Notes: a model not told the origin generated them from the letters alone. 64,000 bases of DNA from Snowella sp. (GCA_035285545.1 JAYKGY010000019.1:1-64000), one strand, 5' to 3'; positions 1 to 10,759 are shown, counted from the first letter of the stretch. Numbers and translations are program-made.

Positions 1-234
1 TCAATGTTTCGGCTCAAGCGGTCTTAAATTGGATTAGAGATTTCGCTAAGCTCAACAAGGAAAAACCAGAACCGGGGATAGCCGTAGTTGTTGAGTTAGA
101 CGAACTCTGGCATTTCATAGAAAAAAATAGAAAAAAAAAAGAATAAATTGTGGGTGTGGAAAGCTTATGACCGTAATAGAGTCAATGGTTTTATCAACTT
201 GTTACGCAACTGGAAGTTAGCATTACTTACTTGA
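1..234 (+). pseudogene. IS1-family transposase remnant (frameshifted, truncated; continues past the left window edge)
   Basis: Frame from nt 3 reads NVSAQAVLNWIRDF...VVVELDELWHFIEK. A second frame from 142 reads NKLWVWKAYDRNR. These match the InsB-like 'ELDELW..v..K.n..W.W.A.D' signature. An A-rich tract with a 10-bp duplication separates the frames, and the downstream catalytic core is missing. Right boundary approximate. Confidence 0.75.
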
Positions 235-283
235 AACTCTCAATTTTTCGGGAATCGGAATTATGTATAGTGCATGATCTGGA

Positions 284-2653
284 TTATACGCTGGCTTCCT
301 GTGGTTGCGGCATTCGATTAGTTAAATGAACTGTAAAAGTTGTGCCGACATCAACTTGACTTTTGACTTCAATATTTCCTCCATGAAGTTCTACATATTT
401 TTTGGCAATATTTAAGCCTAAGCCCGTTCCTGAAATATTTTCTACATTAGATGCTCGATGGAATGAGTCAAAAATATGGGGTAAATCGTTGGCAGGAATT
501 CCCATTCCGTAGTCGGTGATTTTGATAATTGTTTCCGTTGTATTCAATTCAATTATACATTCAATCGGGGATTCAGGAGGAGAGTATTTAATGGCGTTAG
601 TTAACAAATTAGAAACAATGTGATGTAAACCTTTTGGGTCGATATAAATTTGCTTGTTAAAGGTTGTTAAATCGATGACAGAAAAGAGGATTTTTTGTTT
701 ATTTTTTGTACTAATTTCAACATCTTCAATGATTTCTTTGATAAAATTTTTAATATCAACTTTCTCAAAATTCAAGCTAACTTTATTAGCATCAATCCGA
801 CTTAAAACCAAAATTTCTTCCATCATATCTCTCAACTTCAAGGTCGATTTTAAAATTCGTTCTAAATATTCTGTTTTTTTAAGATCAGTTAATTTATGAT
901 TATATTTTGTGATAAATTCAACACTTCCCAAAATAATTGTGAGAGGCGTTCTAAATTCATGGGAGGCGATATCAATAAATTGGCTTTTAAGTCTATTTAA
1001 TTCTTTTTCTTTTTTAAGCGTGTTTTGAATTTCTGCTTCGATTTTCTTTCGTTCACTAATATCTCGAAAAATCCCCTGAACATACTGTTTTTCGTTATAT
1101 TCGATGACACTTCCTGTAATGTCAATGGGAATGATTTTTCCCGTTTTAGTCATAACTTGGGTATCTAATAAGTACCCTGTGTTTTGCTTAACAATTTCTT
1201 GAAAACCGAATTGAGCGCGCTCTAGTTCTGAAGGAGGATGAATCTGGGTAATATGTAACTGTTTTATTTCTGTGGGAGTGTAGCCTAATAACGCGATCGC
1301 CTTTTGATTAACTTCTACCAAATTTCCCTGTAAATCAGCAATGATAATGGCATCACTCGCTTTATCCAACAAAATACGGTAACGAGTTTCGCTTTTTACG
1401 AGGGCTTGAGTGCGTTCTTGTACCCTCAGTTCTAATTCTTGATTGAGTTTTTGTAATTCGTCTTCTGCTTGTTTACGGGCGGTAATATCTTCTGAAATTC
1501 CGAGTAAATATTGGGGATCACCATTGGGATCATAAAGGGGCACTTTCAGGGTATGGAGATAAATTCGCCCCCGACTTTGGGAATCGATCAATTCTTCCGG
1601 GATCTCAATCATTCTACCTAAACGAAAGGTTTCTCGATCCTTGGCATCAAAAAAAGCAGCTTGCTCAGGCGGATGAAGTTGATAAACGGTCTTACCAATG
1701 GCGTCTTCTGCGGCGATACCAAAAATTTCTTCACAAGTCCGATTCCAAAATAAGAGTTGCCCAAAATTCTTGGGTAAACCACTTTTGACAAACAGAGCAA
1801 CGGGAAGATGTTCTAATAGGGTTTGCAAAAAGTCTTGAATCTGTTGAACTTCTGCGGTACGGTCTTGTACCCGTTGATCTAACTGCGTTGTCAAGGTTTC
1901 GAGTTCGGTTAATTTTTGTTGGAGGGTTTGGGCCAAAAAGCCAATTTCATCTTCATAGGAGATGGGAATTTTGATTGCACTAGAGTCTCCTGCTTTCGCG
2001 ATCGCTGCCTGAATTCGTTGAAGCGGGATGAGTATCCGTTGCCGAAAAACAAAAATTGTCCCCCCTAAAACCACTAAAATTCCCGCCAGGAATAGCCCCA
2101 CCGTCAGACCAAAATTCAAAAAGCTCTGGTGATGAATGTCTTCAATATCCAACACCACAATCACCGCCCCCCAATTGCCCTTTTCATGAAATAAAGAGTT
2201 GCTAAACGGTAAAACCTTAACAAATAAAGATGTATCTCGATATTCCAACGGAAGGCTGAGTTTTAAACCTTTTTTATTACTTTCAGTAATTTGGGCTTGC
2301 AATTGTTGACGTAGCGGTTCCCACAGTTTTTTAGACCGTCGATCATTGGGGCTACTCGCTAAAACCATTCCACGGGGACTAATAATTTCAATTTGAACAA
2401 CATTGGGTAAGGTGGCATAATTTTGAACCACTCTTCTTAATAAAATCGGTTGTTGGGATTCGATTAAACCTTCCGTCGCAAACTCAATGCCTTGGGCAAT
2501 CGTATCAGCCCGTTGACGAATTTCTTCCTCTAATAAATTTTCGGCAAGCCGACTTTGGGCAACGATAATCACTAAAGAAGCCAGACTGAGGGTTATTCCC
2601 AGCGTCCAAAAAAGCGAATGAGAAATTTTCGATTTTATACTGGGGCTTGCCAT
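284..2653 (-). CDS. Membrane sensor histidine kinase (2 TM, periplasmic sensor, HAMP, 2 PAS, HisKA/HATPase)
   Basis: Two hydrophobic segments, HAMP-like 'EDEIGFLAQTL', PAS/PAC motifs, H-box ASHEFRTPL, N-box NLLTNAIKYS, G-boxes DYGMGI and GTGLGL. Confidence 0.92.
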   Translation of the reverse strand: MASPSIKSKISHSLFWTLGITLSLASLVIIVAQSRLAENLLEEEIRQRADTIAQGIEFATEGLIESQQPILLRRVVQNYATLPNVVQIEIISPRGMVLASSPNDRRSKKLWEPLRQQLQAQITESNKKGLKLSLPLEYRDTSLFVKVLPFSNSLFHEKGNWGAVIVVLDIEDIHHQSFLNFGLTVGLFLAGILVVLGGTIFVFRQRILIPLQRIQAAIAKAGDSSAIKIPISYEDEIGFLAQTLQQKLTELETLTTQLDQRVQDRTAEVQQIQDFLQTLLEHLPVALFVKSGLPKNFGQLLFWNRTCEEIFGIAAEDAIGKTVYQLHPPEQAAFFDAKDRETFRLGRMIEIPEELIDSQSRGRIYLHTLKVPLYDPNGDPQYLLGISEDITARKQAEDELQKLNQELELRVQERTQALVKSETRYRILLDKASDAIIIADLQGNLVEVNQKAIALLGYTPTEIKQLHITQIHPPSELERAQFGFQEIVKQNTGYLLDTQVMTKTGKIIPIDITGSVIEYNEKQYVQGIFRDISERKKIEAEIQNTLKKEKELNRLKSQFIDIASHEFRTPLTIILGSVEFITKYNHKLTDLKKTEYLERILKSTLKLRDMMEEILVLSRIDANKVSLNFEKVDIKNFIKEIIEDVEISTKNKQKILFSVIDLTTFNKQIYIDPKGLHHIVSNLLTNAIKYSPPESPIECIIELNTTETIIKITDYGMGIPANDLPHIFDSFHRASNVENISGTGLGLNIAKKYVELHGGNIEVKSQVDVGTTFTVHLTNRMPQPQEASV

Positions 2654-3681
2654 TGCTCTATCGCCTGAAGAATAAAATGATTAGGAATCAATAAATTTTG
2701 ATGGACAACGTGAGAATGATAGCTATTAAAGGTTGATAGTTCAAGGGTCTCTTTTAAAATCTTTTGCATACGCTGATTTTGTCCAAAAAACTGACGATTG
2801 AGTGCTAATGTTCCCGGTTTTACCCCTGCATAATCTTGCATTAAGTCTACACTTGAATAGCCTAAGGTTTTTGCTAAGGATTCAAAAATAACCGCCGGTG
2901 TTTTTTGTAAAATCGCCATCGTATCAAACCATGCCCACAGAAATCGAGAGATCACGGCTTGCTTTTGCTGGAAAAACGCCTTTCGTGTCGCTAATACATC
3001 AACGACGAGGCTATCTTGGTCTTGGGTCGTGTAAAGAATGGAACCTTGAATATCTTTTGCGGTTTGGGTCAATAGGGGTTGCCAAAGGACAGCCGCATCA
3101 ATCAGATTTTTTTTGAGTTGATTGGCCGCAATTTGGTTAGAAATATCGACAATCTTAATGGTTTGTAGCGGAATATCGTATTGTTTGAGGGCTTCTAATA
3201 AAATCAATTCATTGATCGTGCCTAGCTTAACGCCGACTCGTTTTCCCTTGAGGTCAGGCATCGTCTTTAAAGGAGAACGAGCCACAATCCCATCTGCACC
3301 GTTAGAAATGTCACACACCATTAAAATGACGGGTTGTTCGTCCGGGAGTCCAGAATGGAGGAGATCCCAAGTTGTCGTGAATGTTGCATCTAATGCGCCC
3401 CGTAACATGGCTCTTGTGGCATCTTGCAAATTGAGAAATTCGATAAAATCGACCTGCAAGCCTCGTTTTTCTAAGATCCCCGAACTTTGGGCATAACGCG
3501 CGATCGCATAGCCAATCCAATCATTAATACCGATGCGTAAATGGGCCACCGATTGAGCTTGCTGACACCCTCCATTGCTAACCGCTAAACCCGCCCCCAT
3601 CGCCATTTGCCAGAGAAATGCTCTCCGATTAAGATAAAGCGAAATTAAACTTAAGGATCTAAGGGAAAGGGAAGTTTGCAT
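2635..3681 (-). CDS. ABC-type substrate-binding protein (NMT1/THI5/SsuA-like) with Tat signal, possibly a lipoprotein
   Basis: N-terminal NRRAFL twin-arginine motif and NGGC lipobox-like site. W-x-GY, 'DISNGADGIVAR' and 'DLKGKRVGV' motifs. Overlaps the kinase start by 19 nt. Confidence 0.85.
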   Translation of the reverse strand: MQTSLSLRSLSLISLYLNRRAFLWQMAMGAGLAVSNGGCQQAQSVAHLRIGINDWIGYAIARYAQSSGILEKRGLQVDFIEFLNLQDATRAMLRGALDATFTTTWDLLHSGLPDEQPVILMVCDISNGADGIVARSPLKTMPDLKGKRVGVKLGTINELILLEALKQYDIPLQTIKIVDISNQIAANQLKKNLIDAAVLWQPLLTQTAKDIQGSILYTTQDQDSLVVDVLATRKAFFQQKQAVISRFLWAWFDTMAILQKTPAVIFESLAKTLGYSSVDLMQDYAGVKPGTLALNRQFFGQNQRMQKILKETLELSTFNSYHSHVVHQNLLIPNHFILQAIEQWQAPV

Positions 3682-4090
3682 CGTTTTGCGGCATTATAAA
3701 ACCTAATTTCACCGTCTAGACTCAATAACAGTGAGTAGGATCTATTGCAATCACCAGAAGGATTCAGGACAGGTTAAAGTTATTAAGAGTTTACCCTATT
3801 AAACGGGTTAATATTTTGCGCCATTGTCAGCATAATTCAATATTCAAGCGGCGGACAGGGGATTTTTAGAATTATTCAGTTTAAGCCAATGATATTCCCT
3901 CGATCAGGTAAAATGTACTAGGACTTAATTGACATTCATAAAACCCAGGGTTTTTAAAAGACTGCACCCCCATGATAAATATCCTCCCAGGCTAGGTTCA
4001 ATGCGTCTTTAACCCTTTTGTGCTAGAATTTTTAAAGATTTTGTCATCGAGAGTCAAAGCAAGGCTCTAAAATTGCTCTTGGAGAATTAT

Positions 4091-7000
4091 ATGACTAGCA
4101 GCTACAGTGCCGATCAAATTCAAGTTCTAGAAGGGCTAGAGCCAGTCCGTAAGCGGCCAGGGATGTATATCGGCAGCACCGGCCCACGGGGATTGCATCA
4201 CCTGGTTTATGAAGTGGTGGATAACTCGATCGATGAGGCATTAGCGGGTCATTGTACCCACATTGAGATTGATATTAATAAAGATGGTTCTGTTACCGTC
4301 ACGGATGATGGAAGGGGTATTCCCACGGGTATTCATCCCACAACGGGAAAATCTGCCCTAGAAACGGTAATGACGGTACTGCACGCAGGGGGAAAATTTG
4401 GGGGCGGCGGTTATAAGGTTTCTGGTGGTTTGCATGGTGTCGGAATTTCAGTGGTTAATGCCCTGTCGGAATGGGTAGAAGTTTCTGTTTGGCGAGAAGG
4501 AAAGGAACATCGGCAACGTTTTGAAAAAGGCATTCCCAAAACCCAATTAGAAGCCACTCCCAACCCTGACCACGCAACGGGGACTTCTGTTACTTTCTTG
4601 CCCGATATCGAGATTTTCACAGGGGGCATTGAGTTTGATTACCATACCCTTTCTAGTCGTTTACGGGAATTAGCCTATTTGAATGCAGGGGTCAAAATTA
4701 CCTTCAGCGATCGCCGTCCCGATCCAGAATATGTCGAAACCTATTGTTATGAAGGTGGGATCAAAGAATACATCACCTACATGACCAAGGAAAAAGAAGC
4801 CCTACACCAAGATGTCATCTACGTTTCAGGAGAACGCAATAACGTTCAAGTTGAAGTGGCCTTGCAATGGTGTATTGATGCCTTCAGTGATAACGTTCTA
4901 GGATTTGCCAATAATATTCGGACAATTGATGGAGGAACCCACCTAGATGGCTTAAAAACCGTTTTGACCCGAACCATTAACAGCACGGCTCGTAAGCGTA
5001 ACAAAATTAAGGAAAATGAATCCAATCTAGCGGGGGAAAACGTCCGAGAAGGCTTAACCGCCGTTATTTCTGTTAAAGTTCCCGATCCCGAATTTGAAGG
5101 GCAAACCAAAACCAAGTTAGGCAATACGGAAGTTCGAGGCATTGTGGATTCTTTGGTCGGAGAAACCTTGGGAGAATTTTTAGAATTTAATCCTCAGGTT
5201 GCCGATGCCATTATCGAAAAAGCCGTTACCGCCTTTAAAGCAGCTGAAGCTGCCCGACGAGCGAGAGAATTAGTCCGCCGTAAATCGGTTTTAGAATCCT
5301 CCACGTTACCAGGGAAATTAGCTGATTGTAGCTCCAGAAATCCCGAAGAATCTGAGATTTTCATCGTTGAGGGGGACTCTGCTGGCGGTTGCTGGCATGG
5401 AGATACAAAGGTTGCTTTAGCAGATGGCCGAGCTATTAGTTTTAAAGAATTAGTTGCAGAAGAAAAAGCAGGCATCCAAAACTTCTGCTACACCATTCGT
5501 CATGATGGAACCATTGGTATTGAGAAGATCATTAATGCTCGGATTACCAAGAAAAATGCAACGGTCATCAAAGTAACGCTGGATAATGGTGAAGAGCTAA
5601 TTTGTACCCCCGATCATCCATTCATGTTACGGGATGGAAGTTATAAAGCGGCGAGTGAATTAACGCCTGACGATTCCTTAATGCCCTTATATCGGAAACT
5701 CTCTGATATTAACGAAAAAGGCATTACCATTGACGGCTATGAAATGGTCTGGAATCCTCGCTTTGATTCTTGGTTATTCACCCATTTAATTGCAGATTGG
5801 ATACCTGAATTCAAAGTTAGTCGAAACGCAGCTTACAACAAATCACTGGCTGTTTTAAAACAGATTGAAGTGGAAAACGGTAGCTTGGACTTAGACGCTT
5901 ATCGGGCTTATCGGATTCAAACCAAAGATAAGTCTTTGTTACGCTTTGATACTTTCTGTCAACGTTATTTTGAAGGAAGCGAAGAACGAGCGATAGAAGC
6001 GATCGCGAATTATAATCATCGCATTGTTTCTATTGAAAAACTCACAGAAAAAATTGATGTTTATGACATCGAAGTTCCCCATACCCATAACTTTGCCCTA
6101 GCCAGTGGTGTATTTGTCCATAACAGTGCTAAACAAGGACGCGATCGCCAATTCCAGGCTATTCTTCCTTTACGAGGCAAAATCTTAAATATTGAAAAAA
6201 CAGACGATGCCAAGATCTATAAAAATACAGAAATTCAGGCACTCATTACAGCATTAGGTTTAGGTATCAAAGGGGAAGAATTTAATGTTTCCCAACTGCG
6301 GTATCATCGCATCGTCATCATGAGTGTGGCAGGGGATGAACCGACCCTGGTAATGGATGACACGGGTAAAACGGAATTTGTCAAAATTGGCCCCTTTATT
6401 GATGATTGCATTGAAGGACGCAAAACTCCCGAACGGTATCAAGTTATTTCCTTTGATCCTAAAACCCATCAAACGCGATTCCGTCCGCTTAAAGCTGTGA
6501 TTCGGCACGGCCACGAAGAGCCAATGTACGAAATTACCACCCGTTATAATCGCTCCGTTAAAGTGACTTCTTCCCATAGCGTCTTTGTTTACGATCAAGG
6601 AGAAGTCAAGCTTAAAAAGGGCAATGAGATTAAAATTGGGGATTTATTAGTTGTAAGCCGTCGTTTACCCCGTCCTGAGCAGCAAGCAGAACAGATAGAT
6701 TTACTCAAAACCTTCTATCAAGCGGGATTAACCCAATCTCTCTATTTACAAGGGGAATCGGTGCGGCGGGTTGCCAGTCAACGGGTATTAGCCAAAGTGG
6801 AACGTCCCGATCTGCTGAGTGAGCCTAGAGTGCAATTGAGTCCAGAGGATTGGCAACTTTTAATTCAACAGCGTCAAGCAGCCCAAATTTCCCAAAAGCA
6901 AGTTGCAGTTTTGTGTGATGTTAAACAGCCTATTACCATCAGTCATTGGGAGCGCGGCATTAATCATCCGACTTTACCCGCTTTCCTCAACTATTTAGAA

Positions 7001-8401
7001 GCAATTGGCGGAAATGAACAAGTCGTTTTTGAAACCTTGCCCTCTAAATTGGATGCCTATCTGAATCAGGATGCATCGAGTAAAAATGCTCGTTGGCGAG
7101 AAGTTAGCGATTACAAATCCTTTGACAGCTTTACGCCGAGCGAATTGATCGAGTTGGATGAGAATATTCAATTAGTGCCTCAAGCCCACCAAGATAAAGC
7201 CTTTGCTCGTTATTTACCGATTACACCTGAATTGCTCTGGTTCCTCGGTTGGTATGTCGCAGAAGGGACGTTAAGCCAACATCAAGTCAGTTTAAATTTA
7301 GGGGTTAAGGATCAAGCCTTTATTACCGAATTAACGGACGCGATCGCGAAGACCTTTGGAGAAACGCCTCGATGTTACCATGACCCTGACAGTCAAGGCA
7401 TTAAACTTTATTTTCATAGTGTCCTCGCGGCTCGTTTGTTAAAAGCGTGGAATTTAGCCGATGTTGCCCATCAAAAACAACTGCCCGATTTGGTTTTCAG
7501 TTTAAATGAAGAGTTACAACTGAAATTCCTAGAAGGGTACTTTTTGGGAGATGGAACCCTGAGCAAACAAAACCTGTCTTTTTGCACCAATTCTCCTGCG
7601 GTTAAAGATGGTTTGTTGTACCTGTTAGGTCAATTAGGACTAATTGCAACCCATTCTACCCATCAACCCTCAACGGCGATCGCGGCTCCGATCCAAACCC
7701 GTCATCCCTACTTCACGGTTACAATCTGTGGCAAAACCCAAATAGAACAGTGTCGCAATATCTGGCAACGTCACCATCGCGCAGAGCTACTGGTCAATCA
7801 TTTAGCGAGTGCTACCCGCAAATCCCAAGATTTTGTACCCATCAGTGAAGATTTAATGGGATTGAAAGTCATTAGCAATCGAGAAATTGAGCTAGTGGGT
7901 GATTATGTTTATGACTTTTCCGTTGAAGATGATGAAAACTTTGTCTGCGGAGTTGGTGGAGTCATGGCTCACAATACGGACGCTGATGTCGATGGCGCGC
8001 ACATCCGAACCTTGTTGCTGACCTTCTTCTATCGCTATCAACGAGATTTAGTGGATCAAGGTTATATCTATATCGCTTGTCCTCCCTTGTATAAGCTCGA
8101 ACGGGGTAAAAATCATTACTACTGCTATTCGGATCGGGAATTACAACAGAAAATTAGTGAATTTCCTGCGAATGCCAGTTACACCATCCAACGGTTTAAA
8201 GGGTTAGGGGAAATGATGCCCCAACAGCTTTGGGATACCACCATGAATCCTGAAACTCGTTCCATGAAACGGGTAGAAATTGATGATGCGGCAGAAGCCG
8301 ATCGCATCTTTACCGTATTAATGGGCGATCGCGTCGCGCCTCGAAGGGAATTTATTGAAACCTATGGCTCGAAGTTAGACTTAACCGATCTAGACATTTA
8401 A
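4091..8401 (+). CDS. gyrB: DNA gyrase subunit B, interrupted by two inteins (mature protein ~640 aa)
   Basis: [68 protein letters not shown] and QRFKGLGEM motifs. ATG at 4091 follows GGAG at 4081. 1436-245-551=640 aa. Confidence 0.98.
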   Translation: MTSSYSADQIQVLEGLEPVRKRPGMYIGSTGPRGLHHLVYEVVDNSIDEALAGHCTHIEIDINKDGSVTVTDDGRGIPTGIHPTTGKSALETVMTVLHAGGKFGGGGYKVSGGLHGVGISVVNALSEWVEVSVWREGKEHRQRFEKGIPKTQLEATPNPDHATGTSVTFLPDIEIFTGGIEFDYHTLSSRLRELAYLNAGVKITFSDRRPDPEYVETYCYEGGIKEYITYMTKEKEALHQDVIYVSGERNNVQVEVALQWCIDAFSDNVLGFANNIRTIDGGTHLDGLKTVLTRTINSTARKRNKIKENESNLAGENVREGLTAVISVKVPDPEFEGQTKTKLGNTEVRGIVDSLVGETLGEFLEFNPQVADAIIEKAVTAFKAAEAARRARELVRRKSVLESSTLPGKLADCSSRNPEESEIFIVEGDSAGGCWHGDTKVALADGRAISFKELVAEEKAGIQNFCYTIRHDGTIGIEKIINARITKKNATVIKVTLDNGEELICTPDHPFMLRDGSYKAASELTPDDSLMPLYRKLSDINEKGITIDGYEMVWNPRFDSWLFTHLIADWIPEFKVSRNAAYNKSLAVLKQIEVENGSLDLDAYRAYRIQTKDKSLLRFDTFCQRYFEGSEERAIEAIANYNHRIVSIEKLTEKIDVYDIEVPHTHNFALASGVFVHNSAKQGRDRQFQAILPLRGKILNIEKTDDAKIYKNTEIQALITALGLGIKGEEFNVSQLRYHRIVIMSVAGDEPTLVMDDTGKTEFVKIGPFIDDCIEGRKTPERYQVISFDPKTHQTRFRPLKAVIRHGHEEPMYEITTRYNRSVKVTSSHSVFVYDQGEVKLKKGNEIKIGDLLVVSRRLPRPEQQAEQIDLLKTFYQAGLTQSLYLQGESVRRVASQRVLAKVERPDLLSEPRVQLSPEDWQLLIQQRQAAQISQKQVAVLCDVKQPITISHWERGINHPTLPAFLNYLEAIGGNEQVVFETLPSKLDAYLNQDASSKNARWREVSDYKSFDSFTPSELIELDENIQLVPQAHQDKAFARYLPITPELLWFLGWYVAEGTLSQHQVSLNLGVKDQAFITELTDAIAKTFGETPRCYHDPDSQGIKLYFHSVLAARLLKAWNLADVAHQKQLPDLVFSLNEELQLKFLEGYFLGDGTLSKQNLSFCTNSPAVKDGLLYLLGQLGLIATHSTHQPSTAIAAPIQTRHPYFTVTICGKTQIEQCRNIWQRHHRAELLVNHLASATRKSQDFVPISEDLMGLKVISNREIELVGDYVYDFSVEDDENFVCGVGGVMAHNTDADVDGAHIRTLLLTFFYRYQRDLVDQGYIYIACPPLYKLERGKNHYYCYSDRELQQKISEFPANASYTIQRFKGLGEMMPQQLWDTTMNPETRSMKRVEIDDAAEADRIFTVLMGDRVAPRREFIETYGSKLDLTDLDI
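5390..6124 (+). mobile_element. GyrB intein 1 (245 aa, Cys1...His-Asn, +1 Ser), no recognisable endonuclease
   Basis: Inserted in EGDSAGG^SAKQ. Starts [13 protein letters not shown], block B CTPDHPF, block [13 protein letters not shown], ends GVFVHN/S. Confidence 0.95.
6323..7975 (+). mobile_element. GyrB intein 2 (551 aa, Ser1...His-Asn, +1 Thr) with XRE-like HTH and LAGLIDADG endonuclease motifs
   Basis: Inserted in YHRIVIM^TDADVDG. Starts [10 protein letters not shown], block [20 protein letters not shown]-like motifs FLGWYVAEG and [20 protein letters not shown]...TISHWERG, block [13 protein letters not shown], ends MAHN/T. Confidence 0.93.
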
Positions 8402-8455
8402 AAAATGCAATGAGGAATCAATAGGGGTTTTGCTGTCATTTTAAATAGCAGACCC

Positions 8456-10759
8456 CTAATTTTTGTCGATAGGATGATAACGTTTCAAAATTACGGTAAT
8501 CTGCGTTCCTTTACCCACTTCACTGTGTAGTGTAATGGTTCCCCCCTGTAAATCAACACATTTTTTAGTCACCACTAAACCTAAGCCCGTTCCTGGAATA
8601 TTTTGCACATTTCTACCCCGATGAAAGGGTTCAAATAATTGCTTTTGATCATCCGCAGAAATACCAATACCGTGATCGGATATTTCAAGAATAATTTTTT
8701 CTTTTTCTACCCTTAAGCGGATATCAACCTGTCCTCCCTGGGGAGAATATTTAATGGCATTGGAAAGAAGATTAGAGACAATAGAGCGCAATAATTTTTC
8801 ATCCAAAAAAGCATAAATATTTTGATGATGACAACTAAAATTTAAGGAATATTGGGAACCTGCACTTAATTGCATCTCCTCAATAAATTGACGGCAAAAT
8901 TGTTTGAGATCGAGAGAATGGGGATTAAATTCTAATTTGCCAGCCTCTGCCCGATTAATAATTAAAATATCATCTAATAATTGCACCATATTTTTCACAG
9001 AATCCTGAATACGGTGTAAATTTCTTAATCGCTTATCTGGATCGTGCCAGACGGCTTGGGAATTTTCTAATAACTGGGCAGCCGCCAAAGCCGTACTCAG
9101 GGGAGTCCGAAACTCATGGGATGCCATTGAGAAAAAACGAGTTTTTAAGGTATTTAATTCTTTTTCCCGTTCTAAGGCCAGGCGAATTTCCTGATTTCGT
9201 CGGCGTTCGGTGACATCCCTTTGTACGGCAATCCAATGGGTATAAAAACCCGTCTTATCAGCAACGGGAACGAGACTAAATTCGACCCAAAATTCACTCT
9301 TATCTTTACGATAATTGATGATTTCAACGGTAATCGCTTGCCAAGTTTGGAGAGATTGGCGCACCCTATCTAATTCCGCACGGCTGGTTTTAGGCCCCTG
9401 TAAAAGACGAGGTGTTTTTCCTAAGACTTCTTCACTCGCATAACCCGTTATTTTGGTAAAAGCTTCATTAACGTAGAGGATTTTTGGGCCTGTTTCATCA
9501 ATTACGCCGGCTTCCGTGATCACGATGGCATCATTGGTATGAATGACAACGGATTGGAGTAAACGAATTTGTTCTGCTTGGCGTTTTTGTTCGGTAATAT
9601 CTGCAACAACAGCCACTAGGCCGGTGATTTGACCATCGCTCTCCTGTAAGGGGGCAGCCGAAAAAACAATGTCAATGGTTGAACCATCTTTCCTTTGACG
9701 ATTTAATTCTAAACTGGGTGGGGTAATGCCCTGTAAAATGTCTTGTTTAAAGTTTTTATAGTCTGGCACCTGGCTTTCAGAAATAACAGGATTGGGATGC
9801 TCAATGACCTCTGAGGCTGTCCAACCAAACATTCTTTCAGCGGCGGGATTCCAAATTTGTACGCGATCTTCCAAGTCTAGGGTAAAAATCGCTCTAGGAG
9901 AGGCAGAAATCAAAGATTGTAGGGTTTGATTGGTATGACGTAGGGCAGCTTCTGTTTTTTGTCGTTCAAGAATTTCTTCCCGTAAAGAATCGTTAGTCGT
10001 TGCCAGTTGAGCAGTGCGTTTTTGTACCCGATTTTCTAATTCTGCGTTGAGATGTTGTAATTGTTCGTAGAGTTCGGATTGTTGAATGGCGATCGCGACT
10101 TGAGTGGCGAGTTGTTTCATCAATTCCACTTCCCAGGGTTGCCACTGACGGTAATCAGAACATTGATGGGCAATTAATAACCCCCATAAATAGGGAGACT
10201 GTTCGGTGATAGCAGCAGGTTTTTCTCGGTGTTGTTGCAAAATAGGGACAACTAACTTGGCCTTAACCCCAAATTGTTTGACGAAATCCACTAAACACGG
10301 CTCGATGTCTTCTTGATCAATGTTGGCAATGGTACGAATTTTTCCCTGGGTATAGGCCTGGTGATATTGCACAGGAAAAACTTCTTCTGGAAAACGCTGA
10401 CCTAAAAGGGCGGGGTAGTCAGGGGAAACGGATTCTGTAATCGCACTTCCAGTTCCATTTTCCCAAATTCGATAAATCAAGACGCGATCGGCTTGTAAAA
10501 AATCTTTGACATCCCCTACAGTCGTAACTAAAACATTTTCTAGGTTTAAAGATTGACGAATATGCTGGGCTATTTGATTAATTAGCCGTTCTCTTTGGGT
10601 TTGTTGCTTGAGACTGATTTCGACTTTTTGACGTTCTTGAATTTGTTTTTGTAAGAAATAAAAACCGATGAGCGTAAAACTCAGGATTAAACTCGTTTGG
10701 ACAGAAAAGGCTAATATTCTAGTTTCTGGAAAAAGATTGAAGAGGGCTAACGACAACAT
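8456..10759 (-). CDS. ccaS: Green/red cyanobacteriochrome histidine kinase CcaS (TM-GAF-PAS-PAS-HK)
   Basis: GAF domain with FPEEVFP and PCLVDFVKQF (chromophore Cys), LWGLLIAHQC, two PAS domains, ASHEFRTPL. Clustered with cpcL and an OmpR-family regulator. Confidence 0.92.
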   Translation of the reverse strand: MLSLALFNLFPETRILAFSVQTSLILSFTLIGFYFLQKQIQERQKVEISLKQQTQRERLINQIAQHIRQSLNLENVLVTTVGDVKDFLQADRVLIYRIWENGTGSAITESVSPDYPALLGQRFPEEVFPVQYHQAYTQGKIRTIANIDQEDIEPCLVDFVKQFGVKAKLVVPILQQHREKPAAITEQSPYLWGLLIAHQCSDYRQWQPWEVELMKQLATQVAIAIQQSELYEQLQHLNAELENRVQKRTAQLATTNDSLREEILERQKTEAALRHTNQTLQSLISASPRAIFTLDLEDRVQIWNPAAERMFGWTASEVIEHPNPVISESQVPDYKNFKQDILQGITPPSLELNRQRKDGSTIDIVFSAAPLQESDGQITGLVAVVADITEQKRQAEQIRLLQSVVIHTNDAIVITEAGVIDETGPKILYVNEAFTKITGYASEEVLGKTPRLLQGPKTSRAELDRVRQSLQTWQAITVEIINYRKDKSEFWVEFSLVPVADKTGFYTHWIAVQRDVTERRRNQEIRLALEREKELNTLKTRFFSMASHEFRTPLSTALAAAQLLENSQAVWHDPDKRLRNLHRIQDSVKNMVQLLDDILIINRAEAGKLEFNPHSLDLKQFCRQFIEEMQLSAGSQYSLNFSCHHQNIYAFLDEKLLRSIVSNLLSNAIKYSPQGGQVDIRLRVEKEKIILEISDHGIGISADDQKQLFEPFHRGRNVQNIPGTGLGLVVTKKCVDLQGGTITLHSEVGKGTQITVILKRYHPIDKN

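Noticed and set aside
3682..4072. Guanidine-I (ykkC) or TPP riboswitch upstream of the NMT1-like binding protein
   Set aside because: The conserved blocks of these aptamers were not seen on the minus strand.
4073..8401. Group I/II intron or gene fusion explaining the long gyrB
   Set aside because: The frame is continuous and both inserts have canonical intein termini; removing them leaves a normal ~640-aa GyrB.
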